Source: an uncultured virus (IMG/VR IMGVR_UViG_3300030616_000579)
Taxonomy: Duplodnaviria; Heunggongvirae; Uroviricota; Caudoviricetes
Direction: 5' to 3' (one strand)
IMG/VR virus record: IMGVR_UViG_3300030616_000579
DNA: 64,000 bases
Shown here piece by piece: positions 28,468 to 37,935 of the stretch. How positions within the stretch are numbered: position 1 is the stretch's first letter; each line of letters begins with the position of its first letter. Position numbers and translations under genes: made by a program. A model generated the notes under the pieces. It worked only from the letters and a program-made list of their open reading frames with translations. It ran no database searches and was not told where the DNA came from.

Positions 28468-28662
28468 TTATATCACGTACTTAAATTCTCTTCGTAAAAT
28501 TCTTTTATATGGGAAGTTTTTCAAAGAATCAGTTGGAACAACAACAGTGTTATAATGCAACATAAATGCCAACACTTTGATTCTGTTTTCCACTGTATCT
28601 CTCATTTTTATCAATGCATCTAATTCGTTTTTCATTTCCTCTCTTAACTCACTCTCTACCAT
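28468..28662 (-). CDS. Small hypothetical protein
   Basis: GGAGG RBS; co-oriented. Confidence 0.5.
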   Translation of the reverse strand: MVESELREEMKNELDALIKMRDTVENRIKVLAFMLHYNTVVVPTDSLKNFPYKRILRREFKYVI

Positions 28663-28817
28663 TTTCTATGCCTCCTATCATTCCATAGATTACATCTGGT
28701 ACAATAATATCGTTCATGTGGAAAAAATCCATGTTTAAAAGCAGAATACCCACACCTAGGACAAACATCTCTGTTCTTCCAGTGTTTCACCAAATAATAA
28801 ATATCACTCAGTATCAT
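28656..28817 (-). CDS. Zinc-ribbon microprotein (53 aa, not in ORF track)
   Basis: Hand translation contains CPRCG...YYCTRC. Confidence 0.55.
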   Translation of the reverse strand: MILSDIYYLVKHWKNRDVCPRCGYSAFKHGFFPHERYYCTRCNLWNDRRHRKW

Positions 28818-28902
28818 ACACCTTCAGTACTCCTCCACATTTTGGACAACGACCTGCATACTTCAATCCATCAGGTTCATATCCACATTTACAACAAATC
28901 AT
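28804..28902 (-). CDS. Zinc-ribbon microprotein (32 aa, not in ORF track)
   Basis: MICCKCGYEPDGLKYAGRCPKCGGVLKVYDTE. Confidence 0.55.
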   Translation of the reverse strand: MICCKCGYEPDGLKYAGRCPKCGGVLKVYDTE

Positions 28903-29812
28903 CACCTAACTCTCTCACCGTCCTTCTAATAGCTTCCTCACAACTCAACTTTGGTTTCCAACCCGTTGATACTGCTTTATCTATAGACAACATAATCGTT
29001 GGTATATCTCCAACCCAACCACGGTCACCACCTGTATAATGATATTCTGGATTCAACCCTAACTCATCACATACAATATCTGCAAGTTCTGTCACTGTCT
29101 TCCAATCGTGTGTTGCAAGATTGTAGACTTCTACATTTTTATTTTTATCATTTTTATAAATATGAAAGATGCCATTAATACAATCAGACACATGAAAATA
29201 CGACTTTACTTGTTGTCCGTTGCCTAAAATTTCTAAATTGTTTTTATCTATACGTAACTTATTGAGAAAATCATAGATAACACCTCGATGTTCGTATTTC
29301 CCTATGACATTCCCAAAACGAAACACCCATGCTTTTATCCCATAAGTATTAGAATAAGCACGAATAAATGCCTCAACAGAAATTTTAGAAGCTGCATATT
29401 GGGATATCGGGTCAAAATCTACTCCCGATTCAGGCGTTGGTTTATCTACGTCTTCTCCATATACTGCAGATGTTGAGGAAAAAACAAGATGTTTTAATTT
29501 ATTTTTTCTCATATATTCCAAAACACTATGTGTTCCAACAACATTCTCAGCTAAATCATATGATGGATTAACTGAACTTCTTTCGATATCACTTGCAGAT
29601 GCAAGGTGGTAAATAACCTCAACACCATTAAGAATATCCTTGTAGTAATCAATGTATTTGATATCATCCCATACCATCAATACATCTGGATGCAAAAATG
29701 GTTCTCTACTTCTGTCTTTATCCATTCCAACAACAGTATGTCCATCATTTAACAACCGTTCACAGAGATTTAACCCTATAAAACCAGCTGCTCCTGTAAC
29801 TAATACCTTCAT
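28889..29812 (-). CDS. NAD-dependent NDP-sugar epimerase/dehydratase
   Basis: TGAAGFIG, FSSTSAVYG, YAASK, FRFGNV. Confidence 0.93.
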   Translation of the reverse strand: MKVLVTGAAGFIGLNLCERLLNDGHTVVGMDKDRSREPFLHPDVLMVWDDIKYIDYYKDILNGVEVIYHLASASDIERSSVNPSYDLAENVVGTHSVLEYMRKNKLKHLVFSSTSAVYGEDVDKPTPESGVDFDPISQYAASKISVEAFIRAYSNTYGIKAWVFRFGNVIGKYEHRGVIYDFLNKLRIDKNNLEILGNGQQVKSYFHVSDCINGIFHIYKNDKNKNVEVYNLATHDWKTVTELADIVCDELGLNPEYHYTGGDRGWVGDIPTIMLSIDKAVSTGWKPKLSCEEAIRRTVRELGDDLL

Positions 29813-30264
29813 TTTTTCAACTCCTTTTTTAATGCATCTACCTCTTTTCTCAACTCATCATTCTGTCGCCACAAAAGATAAAACCCTGGATTCATTTTAG
29901 TACCAAGTTCAAGAGAACTTTTGTACGTTCCAACCACTCTTACTGCTATAATACCGAATGCCACAACACATAAGATAAATAGAAAAGCAATACCAACAGA
30001 AATACCAAGTGGAAATTGGAATTGTATACCAACATATGTCAAAAACCCATTGACGTTAATAATAACATCATCCATCAACCCAAAGAAAATCACAGCTGTC
30101 TGGATGATACCAAGATATGTAAGGGCTTCACCCCAAGAAACTTTTCCAAACACAATCTTATCTCTTATCTTTGGAGCTCCTTTTCTTTTGGTTTTACTTG
30201 CTTCCTTTAACACAATACAATCATTTGCTTGTTCTACTTCTTTAGTAAACTTGTTGAAACTCAC
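29809..30264 (-). CDS. Two-TM membrane protein
   Basis: Two hydrophobic helices, C-terminal coiled coil. Confidence 0.6.
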   Translation of the reverse strand: MSFNKFTKEVEQANDCIVLKEASKTKRKGAPKIRDKIVFGKVSWGEALTYLGIIQTAVIFFGLMDDVIINVNGFLTYVGIQFQFPLGISVGIAFLFILCVVAFGIIAVRVVGTYKSSLELGTKMNPGFYLLWRQNDELRKEVDALKKELKK

Positions 30265-33200
30265 AGAGTAACCTCCACTGTATTGTTTCCTGGATTCAAA
30301 AAGTGATAATCACTATACAACACACTCTCCGTTTCATTTGTCACCACAAATTGATATGTATCAGGAACAAGATTTTCAAATCTGTAGAAAGAAGATTCAA
30401 CAACACCAGAGAAAGCTGTAAGTTGATGAGTCATAGAAACAACAGATAGATTAACTGTCTCATTGAAAGTTGGTAATGTAACATTCACTGATGCTTTATC
30501 TACATGAAACTCAACTGTTCTATCTGTAAATGTCTTTCGTGTAGCATCACTATAAGAAACATTTTCAATTGTAATTTCTTTCTCCAAAAAGGTGTTTCCA
30601 ATATAAAGATTTAATACAGATGTTCCCTCTGGAACCAACACTTCAAACTGACCGTTTTCTACAATACCATAATCATGTGGTATTTGATATTCATCTAAGA
30701 CATAAACAACAGTTCCATCATATGCAGTTCCATCAACATCAACTGTTCCTGTAACTTTTGCACCTTCATAAAATTTTAAAATGGTAACAGCCTGTGAAAC
30801 AAAATGTGGGTACCAATATTTCAATAAATACCCTGGTACTCTATTCTCTGGTAAACTTCCATCTCCTGGGGAATATCCATAATACGACTTGTAAATCATT
30901 GTCTCAAAAAATGCTGGTTTTCGGTCTGTCTGTGTTCCAATATCCATTTCTCTAAGAACTGATGACGACATATTGTTTATCTGTTCAAGTGTATATGTCT
31001 GGCCAGTATCCCTATCAACATATAACGTCACATAATAATCATCTTCTGTTGTAACAAAACCATGAGTACCCTTATCAGATAAGAATGGAAACACACCAAA
31101 AATTGATGTTAAATCTCGTCCATCAATACCGTAATAACGAATTTGTTTCCCAGTTGCATCCATTATACTCATATAAAATTCGATTGTCTCGTCTTCAGTT
31201 AAATTTGCCATAATAATATCTGTTGCATCGTGGTACATTGCATTGATATCGTCTACTTTCACCTCTGTATTTCCATATTCTGGTTTTATCAATGAATCAT
31301 ACGAAGGTGCAAATTGCACTGGGTCTTCAACGATTTGTATGAAATCAACTGAGGCATTGTGTAAATGGGTGTTAATAACGTTTTTTATTGAATTAGGTAA
31401 TTCTCCCTTCGCAACCCGTTTCGGTGTTTTTTGACTCTCTAACAACCGCACAATCAAAACCGCAATACCTTCTTGTTCATTTTCAGCAGTATGAAAATTC
31501 CCTGCAGTTCGTAATCCCTCTTGGAAATTGTCTGCAACAGTTGGGTGTTCACTCATCGATGCAATGTAGAAACCATAATCCCACCATGATATCACTCCTG
31601 GTCTGTCTTCTGGTAATTCAATCTCGGTATCTTGTTGTAACAACCAATAACAAGCCTCAGCCCAATATAGTTGATATCCTAATGCATTACCAAAAAACCC
31701 TTGGAAGCCATCACCAAATACTTCACTATCCATCTCTGGTGGAACAGCTGCATCAAGAGCTAAATAGGTGTTCGGTATAATCAAAATAACGACAACAAAA
31801 ACAATGCCAAGAATGTGAACTGGTTTCACACCTTTCCGTATACCTCTTAATCCCCCTATCCCCTTTACATTCTTTACCATCTGTGAAAAATCAATTTTAT
31901 CTACGACAATCCACGTACAATATGCAGTAAATAATGCCATCAAAGGAATTAAATCATTGATAAATCTACCAGCTGTTGTTGTCAACCAGAAATACATAAC
32001 AAACAAAACAACAACAAAGATGTGATGTGCTTTCCATTTCTCTTTGTGCATCTTAAACAAAAAGAATACAAACCCACTTAACCCAATCCAATAAACTGCA
32101 GGGCCAAACGACATCACAGTCTGACTTAACCCAAACGTGTGAGCTTCGCCAATGGTTAAGGATACTTGACTTCCATAAATCCCTTCACCAAATATAACCG
32201 ATGAAATGGAATATAACGCACCAGCTGTTTTACCAATAACTCGATTGATATAAAACAAACCACCAAATGCAATGCCTGTAAGAGTAAACAACCCAGGAAC
32301 TGTTATAATCCACGGCAGTTTAATTCTTCGCAGTATCAAATGGATAACCATTACTGCAACAGAAAACAGAAAGGTAAAGAACAAATAATTAACAACACTC
32401 TGTTTGACGTATGCATATGGAAACGCAAGTAAAAACGCAACACCAATTGCTGTTACTACCGCATAAGTATTTTTGAGATTGTACTGTCCTTTTAATACAT
32501 CAATAAAAAAGTTTACAACAAAGAACACAGCAATCATAAGATATACTACTTGCGATGCAACCCACGTCATTTCAATAGCACCAATAAAAAGTCCAGCCCC
32601 CACTGCATATATCAATGATGTCTTCGTGTCTTTTTCTTTCAAACTTTTTATCATAAAAAAGAAAACACACGTTGCAAGTAATAGAATAAAAGAGTCGTGG
32701 TCAAACAGAGATAAAGAAGAACCATGCCCAGAACCAAGGTGTATAGGTATAAGTGCAACAAAGAACGCAGCCAACAACCCTGTTTTTCTGTTAAACAATG
32801 TTGCACCTATTCCATACACTGGCAAGACAAGTAACGCACCATAGATTGCGGGTAAAAATAACATTGACATTCCCAATGCATCAACGGTTGGCATAAAATT
32901 CTCCAACACCTTTGTTGAAAATATTGCAACCATGTTAAATAATGGTGGTCTTGCACTTCCATAATGTCCAACTGGATAGTTCAATAACATATCCTCTTCT
33001 GTTACGAACCGATAATATCCTGATTCCATCGTCTCAGTACATAACCGCATATTGTAGTATGGGTCAGGCCCTGATAGAAAGAACCGTGTACCAATTGTTT
33101 CACCGTCTGGATTGAACGGTGTTCCAGATGTAAAATTGAAATACGAATTCAAAAATAACACTAGAAAGAAAATCCCAACTAGTGATATTGCAGTAATCAT

Positions 33201-33287
33201 CTTTTTATTTATTTTTTTCTTTGGTGTACTTTTTATTTCTTTTTTCTTTTCTACAGTCGTTGATTTTCGAGACCTTTTTCTAGACAT
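30261..33287 (-). CDS. aglB: Oligosaccharyltransferase AglB (STT3 family)
   Basis: Polytopic N-terminal half with GPDPYY, DHD, TIGEA; ISWWDYG; HPTVADNFQ; beta-rich C-terminal domains. Confidence 0.95.
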   Translation of the reverse strand: MSRKRSRKSTTVEKKKEIKSTPKKKINKKMITAISLVGIFFLVLFLNSYFNFTSGTPFNPDGETIGTRFFLSGPDPYYNMRLCTETMESGYYRFVTEEDMLLNYPVGHYGSARPPLFNMVAIFSTKVLENFMPTVDALGMSMLFLPAIYGALLVLPVYGIGATLFNRKTGLLAAFFVALIPIHLGSGHGSSLSLFDHDSFILLLATCVFFFMIKSLKEKDTKTSLIYAVGAGLFIGAIEMTWVASQVVYLMIAVFFVVNFFIDVLKGQYNLKNTYAVVTAIGVAFLLAFPYAYVKQSVVNYLFFTFLFSVAVMVIHLILRRIKLPWIITVPGLFTLTGIAFGGLFYINRVIGKTAGALYSISSVIFGEGIYGSQVSLTIGEAHTFGLSQTVMSFGPAVYWIGLSGFVFFLFKMHKEKWKAHHIFVVVLFVMYFWLTTTAGRFINDLIPLMALFTAYCTWIVVDKIDFSQMVKNVKGIGGLRGIRKGVKPVHILGIVFVVVILIIPNTYLALDAAVPPEMDSEVFGDGFQGFFGNALGYQLYWAEACYWLLQQDTEIELPEDRPGVISWWDYGFYIASMSEHPTVADNFQEGLRTAGNFHTAENEQEGIAVLIVRLLESQKTPKRVAKGELPNSIKNVINTHLHNASVDFIQIVEDPVQFAPSYDSLIKPEYGNTEVKVDDINAMYHDATDIIMANLTEDETIEFYMSIMDATGKQIRYYGIDGRDLTSIFGVFPFLSDKGTHGFVTTEDDYYVTLYVDRDTGQTYTLEQINNMSSSVLREMDIGTQTDRKPAFFETMIYKSYYGYSPGDGSLPENRVPGYLLKYWYPHFVSQAVTILKFYEGAKVTGTVDVDGTAYDGTVVYVLDEYQIPHDYGIVENGQFEVLVPEGTSVLNLYIGNTFLEKEITIENVSYSDATRKTFTDRTVEFHVDKASVNVTLPTFNETVNLSVVSMTHQLTAFSGVVESSFYRFENLVPDTYQFVVTNETESVLYSDYHFLNPGNNTVEVTL

Positions 33288-33544
33288 TCTCTTTCCTCCT
33301 TTTTGTTCCAGTAATATTCCGTGTAATCTTTAAACAAACGTGGAAAACAAAACCACATAAATACAATAAACTCAGCAAATCCAGCTAAAAACCCCATTGC
33401 AATCCACTCTGGGTCTTCAAAAACATAAGCAAATATGAGCATATTCCCCAAAACCAAACCAGAAAGTAGTAATATATTTATTACTACTTTCACAAACGTC
33501 CAAAACTTCATAGCAAATTTTTCCATTCTCACCACCTCATTCAA
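33251..33544 (-). CDS. Two-TM membrane protein
   Basis: Two hydrophobic helices. Confidence 0.55.
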   Translation of the reverse strand: MNEVVRMEKFAMKFWTFVKVVINILLLSGLVLGNMLIFAYVFEDPEWIAMGFLAGFAEFIVFMWFCFPRLFKDYTEYYWNKKEERECLEKGLENQRL

Positions 33545-34199
33545 ATATTTCTTTTATTTCCCTCGCAAGTTTTTTACCAAACCCTGCAACATCTTTTATT
33601 TCTTCTTCAGTTGCATCTGATATATTCCCTATCGAATCACCAAAGTGGTCAAGCAATGCACGACCCTTCTTCATACCAACCTTCGGTATTCGAGAAATGA
33701 TATCAAGTTTAACTTCCTCTGCAGTAGCCCCTCTCCTTATAGGCGTATACTCAACTTCTTTTACTTTATTTTTCAAATCATAAAATTTTTCGATTGTTTT
33801 ACATGTCATTGATATGTACAATCCACCAACAAAACAAACTGTAACTTTGTGTCGTGCAAGTATAGAGGTAATCGACCCAACAATCACTCCTGGGTTCGTT
33901 GATAAATTTTTTGATATCATATCTGGAATTCCATCATATTCAATAAACAAAAATGGATATGCAAAATTGTCCTCTAATTCCTTTAACTGTTTGTACAACT
34001 TACCATCAAACAATGATTGAACATAGTCATCGCCCTTCCGTTCAATACCAATATTGCCAAACCCATCGTGGACATCACTTACTTGTGCAGTCACCACTTC
34101 CATTCCAGTGATAACTTTACATTTTTTGTCAATATATCGTTGAAACAATGGTATCTGTTTCCGTTCTCGACTGTCAACATAAATCTTCAATCCAACCAC
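33537..34199 (-). CDS. ERCC4/XPF/Mus81-family nuclease with tandem HhH
   Basis: IYVDSRE, SD, IERKGDD, QL; IPKVG and VAGFG HhH motifs. Confidence 0.9.
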   Translation of the reverse strand: MVGLKIYVDSRERKQIPLFQRYIDKKCKVITGMEVVTAQVSDVHDGFGNIGIERKGDDYVQSLFDGKLYKQLKELEDNFAYPFLFIEYDGIPDMISKNLSTNPGVIVGSITSILARHKVTVCFVGGLYISMTCKTIEKFYDLKNKVKEVEYTPIRRGATAEEVKLDIISRIPKVGMKKGRALLDHFGDSIGNISDATEEEIKDVAGFGKKLAREIKEIFE

Positions 34200-34573
34200 C
34201 TCTGAATTCCTCGTTTTATAGGAGAAATATCTGTAAGTTTTTTATTTTTTAAAATGGTTCCATCTTTATAATAATCAATGAATCGGTAATGGTCAAGCAC
34301 CTTTAAAGACAAATGATAATATTTGTAGTATCCACCTGTAGGCCTCAAAAGGTTTGTCTTCAACTCTGGTTTTGTTTTACAAAGTTCTTTTGCTATATCT
34401 TCTGCGGAAATATAACAGTCCTTATATTTCATCTCGTTGATTCCCATCAGTATGTTTATGATTTTTTCATGGTCATCAAAATAGACAGTGTGTTTCTTTC
34501 CTTCTTTATCTACAATTACGTAAAAATCTGAATGTTCCGTGACATCAACACTATCTACTCTAACTTTACTCAA
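34187..34573 (-). CDS. Hypothetical protein, possible winged-helix, PIP-like end
   Basis: SAEDIAKEL helix pattern; ends KRGIQRWLD. Confidence 0.55.
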   Translation of the reverse strand: MSKVRVDSVDVTEHSDFYVIVDKEGKKHTVYFDDHEKIINILMGINEMKYKDCYISAEDIAKELCKTKPELKTNLLRPTGGYYKYYHLSLKVLDHYRFIDYYKDGTILKNKKLTDISPIKRGIQRWLD

Positions 34574-34787
34574 TTTTTAGACCTCTTCTATCCATTTCTC
34601 GTTTGATGATATCACCTGCAATTTTACACTGTTCATTACCAGTTTCTTCATAATCCAACATTGCAGCTTTATATCCTTTAATCAATTTTTCATCTGGTCT
34701 TTTTTTCAGATGTTGTTCCATTCTTTTCAACTCTCTATTCATTCCTCCAAACATATCTATCTTCCTCGCAGTGTACATTTTGAACAT
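34566..34787 (-). CDS. Small hypothetical protein
   Basis: Co-oriented, overlapping neighbours. Confidence 0.5.
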   Translation of the reverse strand: MFKMYTARKIDMFGGMNRELKRMEQHLKKRPDEKLIKGYKAAMLDYEETGNEQCKIAGDIIKREMDRRGLKIE

Positions 34788-35755
34788 AATTCTTTATAAC
34801 TTCTTGATAAGTATTTACAATCAGGAAACCGTGGTTTTACTGTTGAAACCTGATAAGACGTTATTGCATATGCATAATCTTTCCACCCTAATTGTTTGAT
34901 GAATGCAACAATCGCTAAGTCGGTGTATCCCATCAACTTCAAAAATGATGCTAACTCAATTCGTTCACGGTGATTAGGATGTGTATTTTGAGCAATTTTT
35001 TTTAAACAAGGAACACCAACAGCTTCCAACGTTGGAGCTGTCATTCCTGCTCTCATCACCTCAATTTTATCTCTTCCATTTGTATGTAAATGCAATTTAA
35101 AATTAGGTAACAAACCCACAATATCTTCCAGTGTCTTCACTGTCCGTGGTCTCTTAGGAATCACTCCAGGTTCTTTAGCAATTTTTGATATGTGTTTTAA
35201 ACTTGCAGATAAACTTCCTTGTTCAAATTCATCTATTGGAATATTTCTGCAATACATACCATTAGTCGTAAGTTTTCCCTCCTCAAATCTCACATATTTA
35301 CTCGTTGGAAACCGAATCAAAAAATGCAACCTCCCCATCGTTGGATAATCAATAGCACCAATATCACACTCCTTTACTAATGCTTCCTGGACAGAATAGA
35401 TTGTATCTTTAATCAGTTGTTTTTCTTGTTCGTTCTTTGGTATCTTTTCTTTGAAAGTAATAAAAAAGTGAAATCCCTTTCCGCCACTAAAATTTATAAG
35501 ATATGATAATCCATGTTGGTCACAGAATTCCTTGAGAGACTTCACATTTTTATATGGTATACGATACCCAAAATGCGAATCAATATCAAAGACCATAGAA
35601 TCAATAACAGGTGTTGTTCTATCCTTGAACCTGTATGTACTTACAAACAAGGGCGTTTTTCCGTTGAATGTCTTTATAAAACTATCAAATGCAAACTGTT
35701 TTTGCACATATATCTGGTTTGGAAATCCAACATACCTCGGTAGCCTTACAAACAT
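34757..35755 (-). CDS. Archaeo-eukaryotic primase, PriS catalytic domain fused to PriL Fe-S domain
   Basis: VFDIDSH, FSGGKGFH, IRFP; C-terminal PCLKK...HRERIELASFL...YQV...PDC...LCSKC. Confidence 0.88.
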   Translation of the reverse strand: MFVRLPRYVGFPNQIYVQKQFAFDSFIKTFNGKTPLFVSTYRFKDRTTPVIDSMVFDIDSHFGYRIPYKNVKSLKEFCDQHGLSYLINFSGGKGFHFFITFKEKIPKNEQEKQLIKDTIYSVQEALVKECDIGAIDYPTMGRLHFLIRFPTSKYVRFEEGKLTTNGMYCRNIPIDEFEQGSLSASLKHISKIAKEPGVIPKRPRTVKTLEDIVGLLPNFKLHLHTNGRDKIEVMRAGMTAPTLEAVGVPCLKKIAQNTHPNHRERIELASFLKLMGYTDLAIVAFIKQLGWKDYAYAITSYQVSTVKPRFPDCKYLSRSYKELCSKCTLRGR

Positions 35756-35769
35756 TCAACTACCCATGT

Positions 35770-36045
35770 TTAAGCGATTGTTTCCACTTCTTCAATACTA
35801 AGAGCAAGACCTATCCATTCATCGCATTCACCTTTGTATTTAACAACAAATTTGTGTAATGCATCTAGGATATTTATTCCCTTAACCACAATGTTTTCCT
35901 CTGATTCAGCATCAGCGAGTTTTAACAGAAAGGTTCTCACTGGCGGTTGAATCGGTGGTTGTGGTGGTTTTGGTATCGTCTGCTCTTGATGTCGCATAAC
36001 TTCTTCTTGATTTTCGTGTTTTTTCTTTTCAAACATTTTTCTCAC
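35770..36045 (-). CDS. Hypothetical protein
   Basis: Co-oriented; Pro-rich linker. Confidence 0.5.
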   Translation of the reverse strand: MRKMFEKKKHENQEEVMRHQEQTIPKPPQPPIQPPVRTFLLKLADAESEENIVVKGINILDALHKFVVKYKGECDEWIGLALSIEEVETIA

Positions 36046-36800
36046 TACTCCTGGACATAAGGTGGCACTAAGACACCCAACGTATATTCTTTTGTTGCTT
36101 CATAGAACCAACCTGGTGCATTCGTTTTTGTTTTTATATGCACCGTTGAATTAAATGTACTAGCAATCTGAGGGATTCCATATGTAAAAATAACATTCAA
36201 CTCATCCCCGCTTTTAATCTCTCCATCTGGATTAAATACAACATAGTCACTGAAATCATGTAAATCACCAATACGTGAAACAATTTTACCATTATCAATA
36301 CCGAATTTGTAAAACTCTGTTCCAAGGGAACCTGCATAACCGACAATATCTTTAAAATCAACAACCTTGACTGTTAAATATGTCGACAAAGGAATGTTTT
36401 CTTTCCCAATTAATGGCACACCTTCCTTGATATCAAATGGTAATTCTGTTATTACTTCAGCCTTTGGGTCTTCATATGATACATTCACGTTAACATTCTT
36501 ACCTGTAATTGATATCTTGTTTCCTTTCGTCTCAAATACCAACATGGTCTCTGGCAAGATATTCTTAACAACACTCAACGTCTTCTCAATATCAAGTTCA
36601 ATTGATTCTGTTGCATCATCTATTTCTTCAAAAAACGTTTCCTCAACTTTGAGAAACCGTAATGCTCTCCCGTGGTCTTCGTGTTGTATCGAATACAAAC
36701 TTTTATCTTTCACTGAGATTACTGATGTTCTAAATACGTCTTTGAGTATCAACTTCTCCAACAAATCAATTAATTTTTCCTGTTTCAATTTAAATTTCAT
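36045..36800 (-). CDS. pcn: Divergent DNA sliding clamp (PCNA)
   Basis: 251 aa, MKFKL start, twice-repeated beta-alpha-beta pattern, C-terminal LGVLVPP (equivalent to LAP); replication context with RFC. Confidence 0.75.
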   Translation of the reverse strand: MKFKLKQEKLIDLLEKLILKDVFRTSVISVKDKSLYSIQHEDHGRALRFLKVEETFFEEIDDATESIELDIEKTLSVVKNILPETMLVFETKGNKISITGKNVNVNVSYEDPKAEVITELPFDIKEGVPLIGKENIPLSTYLTVKVVDFKDIVGYAGSLGTEFYKFGIDNGKIVSRIGDLHDFSDYVVFNPDGEIKSGDELNVIFTYGIPQIASTFNSTVHIKTKTNAPGWFYEATKEYTLGVLVPPYVQE

Positions 36801-36834
36801 TTTACCACCTCAATGAGAAATATAGATTTTTAGG

Positions 36835-36888
36835 TTCTGATATTTGGTTTCGTATGTGTGGATGCAATACCTATACCTAACATCAGAA
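36835..36888 (-). other. Intergenic hairpin upstream of PCNA
   Basis: ttctgatatttggt (36835-36848)/acctaacatcagaa (36875-36888); G-U pair on the minus strand, one mismatch. Confidence 0.45.
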
Positions 36889-36897
36889 TTTCCTCAT

Positions 36898-37935
36898 CTA
36901 TATCTCCCAGTTTTGGTCTGATGTTTCCTCTTTCGGCTTTTCTTCTTTTTTCTCTGCAGTCTCCTCTTTCTTTTCTGGAGGAGTAATCTGCGTTTCAGTT
37001 TCCAGTTCTATCATTGGTGTCTGTTTATATCCACGAGTATCCAGTTCCTCTAGTGATTTCCTGTGTACAGCATATCCGTTTTTTCCAGTGATTTCTGTCT
37101 TTCCATATAACCGTTTGTACCCTGTCAACTTATATGGTCTTATAAAAAACTGGTTACCTTTATGTGATAAATAAAGAATCGTATCAACACGGTGCATGTT
37201 GTCCTTTTCACCTGCAGGTCTATATCCTAAATCAAAGAAAATTGAGTCCTTGTTTCCTTCTTCTTTAATCTCTGCAGTGAATACAATATTGAATGGCATC
37301 CGTTTTATTTTATCAATCCAATTAAAATTATGGAAATATTTGATAATTGTCCAGTCACCCCATCCTTCTAATGCACGATATGCTGTTGTATCCTCTTTCA
37401 TTGCTTTAACATCTGCACGTTTTTTAGCAAAATACTCACCAAGTGTTTCACCATATGCAAGTCTGCAGTAATAATCCTGTACTGATTTCCAAGAGTCCTC
37501 CAGAAGTTCAATCACTAACCATCCAAGTTTTCCTGTTTTCTTCCTGTGTTCTTGAAGTTTTTGTTCAGCGATTGCTGTTGATGATACTAACTCCTCATAT
37601 GTATTAATCGGAAATACAAGTATATTCTCCTTATAATCATCAGGTATAGCATTCATTAGTTTCGTTATACCTGTTGGTCTATCTGGATAAATAATACACA
37701 TCAACAATTCTTCTTTTTTTATTCCTTTACTTTTCAAATACGCAAGTATGCTTAAATAAAACGATGTTTTTCCTGTGTTCGATTCACCAAACGCTATCAT
37801 TTTCTCTGTATCAGCAATCTCACTTGCGTACTGTTTGATGGTCAACGGTTTGACCAAATCCTGCTTCCATAAATCCTTCGGTTTCTGAGAAACCGTCTCC
37901 TTCTTAACTATCACACACTCACCCTTAAATTTCAA
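36898..37935 (-). CDS. RecA-like/AAA_24 (Sak4-like) P-loop ATPase (start probably GTG 37914)
   Basis: FGESNTGKT, WLVIE Walker B, IVFTAE; acidic tail. Confidence 0.7.
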   Translation of the reverse strand: MKFKGECVIVKKETVSQKPKDLWKQDLVKPLTIKQYASEIADTEKMIAFGESNTGKTSFYLSILAYLKSKGIKKEELLMCIIYPDRPTGITKLMNAIPDDYKENILVFPINTYEELVSSTAIAEQKLQEHRKKTGKLGWLVIELLEDSWKSVQDYYCRLAYGETLGEYFAKKRADVKAMKEDTTAYRALEGWGDWTIIKYFHNFNWIDKIKRMPFNIVFTAEIKEEGNKDSIFFDLGYRPAGEKDNMHRVDTILYLSHKGNQFFIRPYKLTGYKRLYGKTEITGKNGYAVHRKSLEELDTRGYKQTPMIELETETQITPPEKKEETAEKKEEKPKEETSDQNWEI

